From contig JAGGRY010000006.1 of NCBI GenBank assembly GCA_021159365.1, positions 1 to 24,000 of the forward strand: a stretch of DNA of 24,000 bases, written 5' to 3'. Source of the stretch: Nitrososphaerota archaeon (GTDB lineage: Archaea > Thermoproteota > Nitrososphaeria_A > Caldarchaeales > Wolframiiraptoraceae). Positions 22,718 through 24,000 of this stretch are shown here, in pieces (within the stretch, counting starts at the first letter, position 1; each line of letters starts with the position of its first letter). The notes under the pieces are model-generated. The model was not told where the DNA came from and did no database searches. It worked only from the letters and a program-made list of their open reading frames with translations. Both the position numbers and the translations under genes were made by a program.

Positions 22718-23601
22718 ATCTGAGGTTTCTCGCCTCGGATAGCCTTGGAACTAGAAGCATGTGCTCTCTAATCGAGACAGAATATGGTAGAATAATGATA
22801 GATCCTGGAGCAGCTCTAGGTCCACGAAGATATGGATTGAGGCCGCATGAGATAGAATTTGAAACATTGAAGAAGCATAAGGAGAAGATCGCTGAAGAGG
22901 CGGAAGACGTAGATCTCTTCATAATAACTCACTATCATTACGATCACTTCCCAAGACCCTCTGAGAACATAGAGTGGCTCAAGGGGAAAAGGATACTCAT
23001 AAAGGATCCATCAAACATGATAAACTTCAGCCAAAGATGGAGATCAAAAATATTCCTCGATAAACTTAGAAAGGTTGGAGCTAAGCCAAAGGTCGCGGAT
23101 TCCAAGAGATTCAGGCTTGGAAGATGTAAGATTAAGTTTTCCAACCCAGTTAAACACGGAAACGATGAAAGACTTGGATATATCCTCGAAGTCTTGATCG
23201 AAACCGATGATGGGAGAATTCTATATACATCGGATGTTGAGGGAATAGTTGACGACGATCAACTGAACTTCATCTTAAAGAGCGAGCCGAACATAGTAAT
23301 CTGCGATGGCCCAATGACTTACATGCTCGGAACCAGATTCAGCGAAATGGACCTCAAGAAATCCATTCTAAATTTAGTTAAAGTTTTGAATATGGAAACG
23401 GTTGAGGTCTTAATTTTAGATCACCATCTCTTAAGAGATCTTGAATGGAAGACGTGGCTTAAATCCATATTTGAAGAGAGTGAAATCTTGAACAAAAAGG
23501 TGCTCACCGCCGCATCATATATGGGTGTAGAAGAGAATCTATTAGAAGCTAGAAGGAGAGAACTTTACGGAATTCAACCAAGTAAGCCATCTAATCTATA
23601 G
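22714..23601 (+). CDS. UPF0282-family metallo-beta-lactamase-fold protein
   Basis: The N-terminus LASDSLGTRSMCSLIETEYGRIMIDPGAALGPRRYGLRPH and the ITHYHYDHF motif match my recollection of archaeal UPF0282 proteins. Its ATG overlaps the upstream stop (ATGA). Confidence 0.7.
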   Translation: MNLRFLASDSLGTRSMCSLIETEYGRIMIDPGAALGPRRYGLRPHEIEFETLKKHKEKIAEEAEDVDLFIITHYHYDHFPRPSENIEWLKGKRILIKDPSNMINFSQRWRSKIFLDKLRKVGAKPKVADSKRFRLGRCKIKFSNPVKHGNDERLGYILEVLIETDDGRILYTSDVEGIVDDDQLNFILKSEPNIVICDGPMTYMLGTRFSEMDLKKSILNLVKVLNMETVEVLILDHHLLRDLEWKTWLKSIFEESEILNKKVLTAASYMGVEENLLEARRRELYGIQPSKPSNL

Positions 23602-23904
23602 CTCTGTATAATTCGCTGGGGAGATCATTTAGAATAATATGAATAGAGGCTGTTTCATAATACGCGTAATAATTCCGCACAACAACTCGTTCTTTTTGAC
23701 CTCCTTAAGGTTTGCGTATTCTTTTTCTAACAAATTGAAAATACTCGGTTTGATGCGGTTTTAAGATCATCTCGTTGGTTAGCGTTAAGTTGAGGATGCG
23801 ACTAAAGGAAGAAGGGTAATAAGGGAGAGTTAGGCGAGTATGTGAGGCTTAGATGATAGGCTATACTACTTTAAGACCGTGAAGGAAACTATTCTTGGTG
23901 TGGG

Positions 23905-24000
23905 ATGAGCCTCCTCGATGAAGAGAGCGTCTTAAACATGCTCGCGAAGCCTATAGTCAAGGCGTTTAAGGAGAGATTTAAGCATCTGACTGAGCCTCAG
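23905..24000 (+). CDS. 5' end of a CDS running off the window, possibly an Lhr/DEAD-DEAH-type helicase
   Basis: MSLLDEESVLNMLAKPIVKAFKERFKHLTEPQ is open to the window end. The F..LTEPQ pattern resembles a helicase Q-motif. A CTTTAAGA box lies ~30 nt upstream. Only 32 codons are visible. Confidence 0.3.
   Translation, partial: MSLLDEESVLNMLAKPIVKAFKERFKHLTEPQ

Noticed and set aside
22414-22922. Minus-strand ORFs (71, 63 and 98 aa) opposite the zinc-ribbon and UPF0282 genes
   Set aside because: The first two mirror the GAA/GAG/AAG-rich linker, so their open frames are a by-product of purine-rich low complexity. The third is antisense to the conserved UPF0282 N-terminus.
1-24000. Scan for CRISPR arrays, transposases/IS ends, integrases, toxin-antitoxin pairs and known defence genes
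   Set aside because: I saw no regularly spaced direct repeats, no terminal inverted repeats and no recognisable mobile-element or defence proteins. The only mobility-like trace is the 11-nt tRNA-Asn fragment, reported separately.

Overview
This is a gene-dense chromosomal segment from an archaeon, very likely a (hyper)thermophile. I support 30 complete CDS, one CDS truncated at the right edge, and five tRNA genes. None of the tRNAs encodes CCA, and three carry bulge-helix-bulge introns at the canonical 37/38 position.

Most of the content is housekeeping:
- Proteasome beta subunit followed by the aCPSF1 beta-CASP/KH ribonuclease.
- The Sm-like protein plus ribosomal protein L37e pair.
- Argininosuccinate lyase, a long-type FKBP, an MtnA-type isomerase and an acyl-CoA dehydrogenase.
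- A GT4 (AglH-like) glycosyltransferase next to a Gfo/Idh/MocA oxidoreductase.

The thermophile call rests on a di-myo-inositol-phosphate (DIP) locus, made of a bifunctional IPCT/DIPPS convergent with myo-inositol-1-phosphate synthase.

I saw no CRISPR array, transposase, integrase or recognisable defence genes, and I cannot point to a clear new multi-gene system. The observations I rank highest are:
1. The IPCT/DIPPS ORF runs about 190 residues past the canonical enzyme into an extra four-helix membrane module.
2. A V4R ligand-binding protein and a PadR regulator lie co-directionally upstream of the inositol-phosphate synthase. A perfect 7-N10-7 inverted repeat overlaps that gene's promoter.
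3. An orphan radical SAM/SPASM enzyme has no visible substrate gene.
4. An 11-nt copy of the tRNA-Asn 3' end lies just downstream of that tRNA.
5. Tightly coupled pairs or triples of poorly characterised genes occur (DUF211-VIT; ACAD, membrane zinc-ribbon protein, UPF0282).
6. A weak C/D-box sRNA candidate sits in a convergent intergenic gap.

All product calls come from motif recognition by eye; no database search was run.
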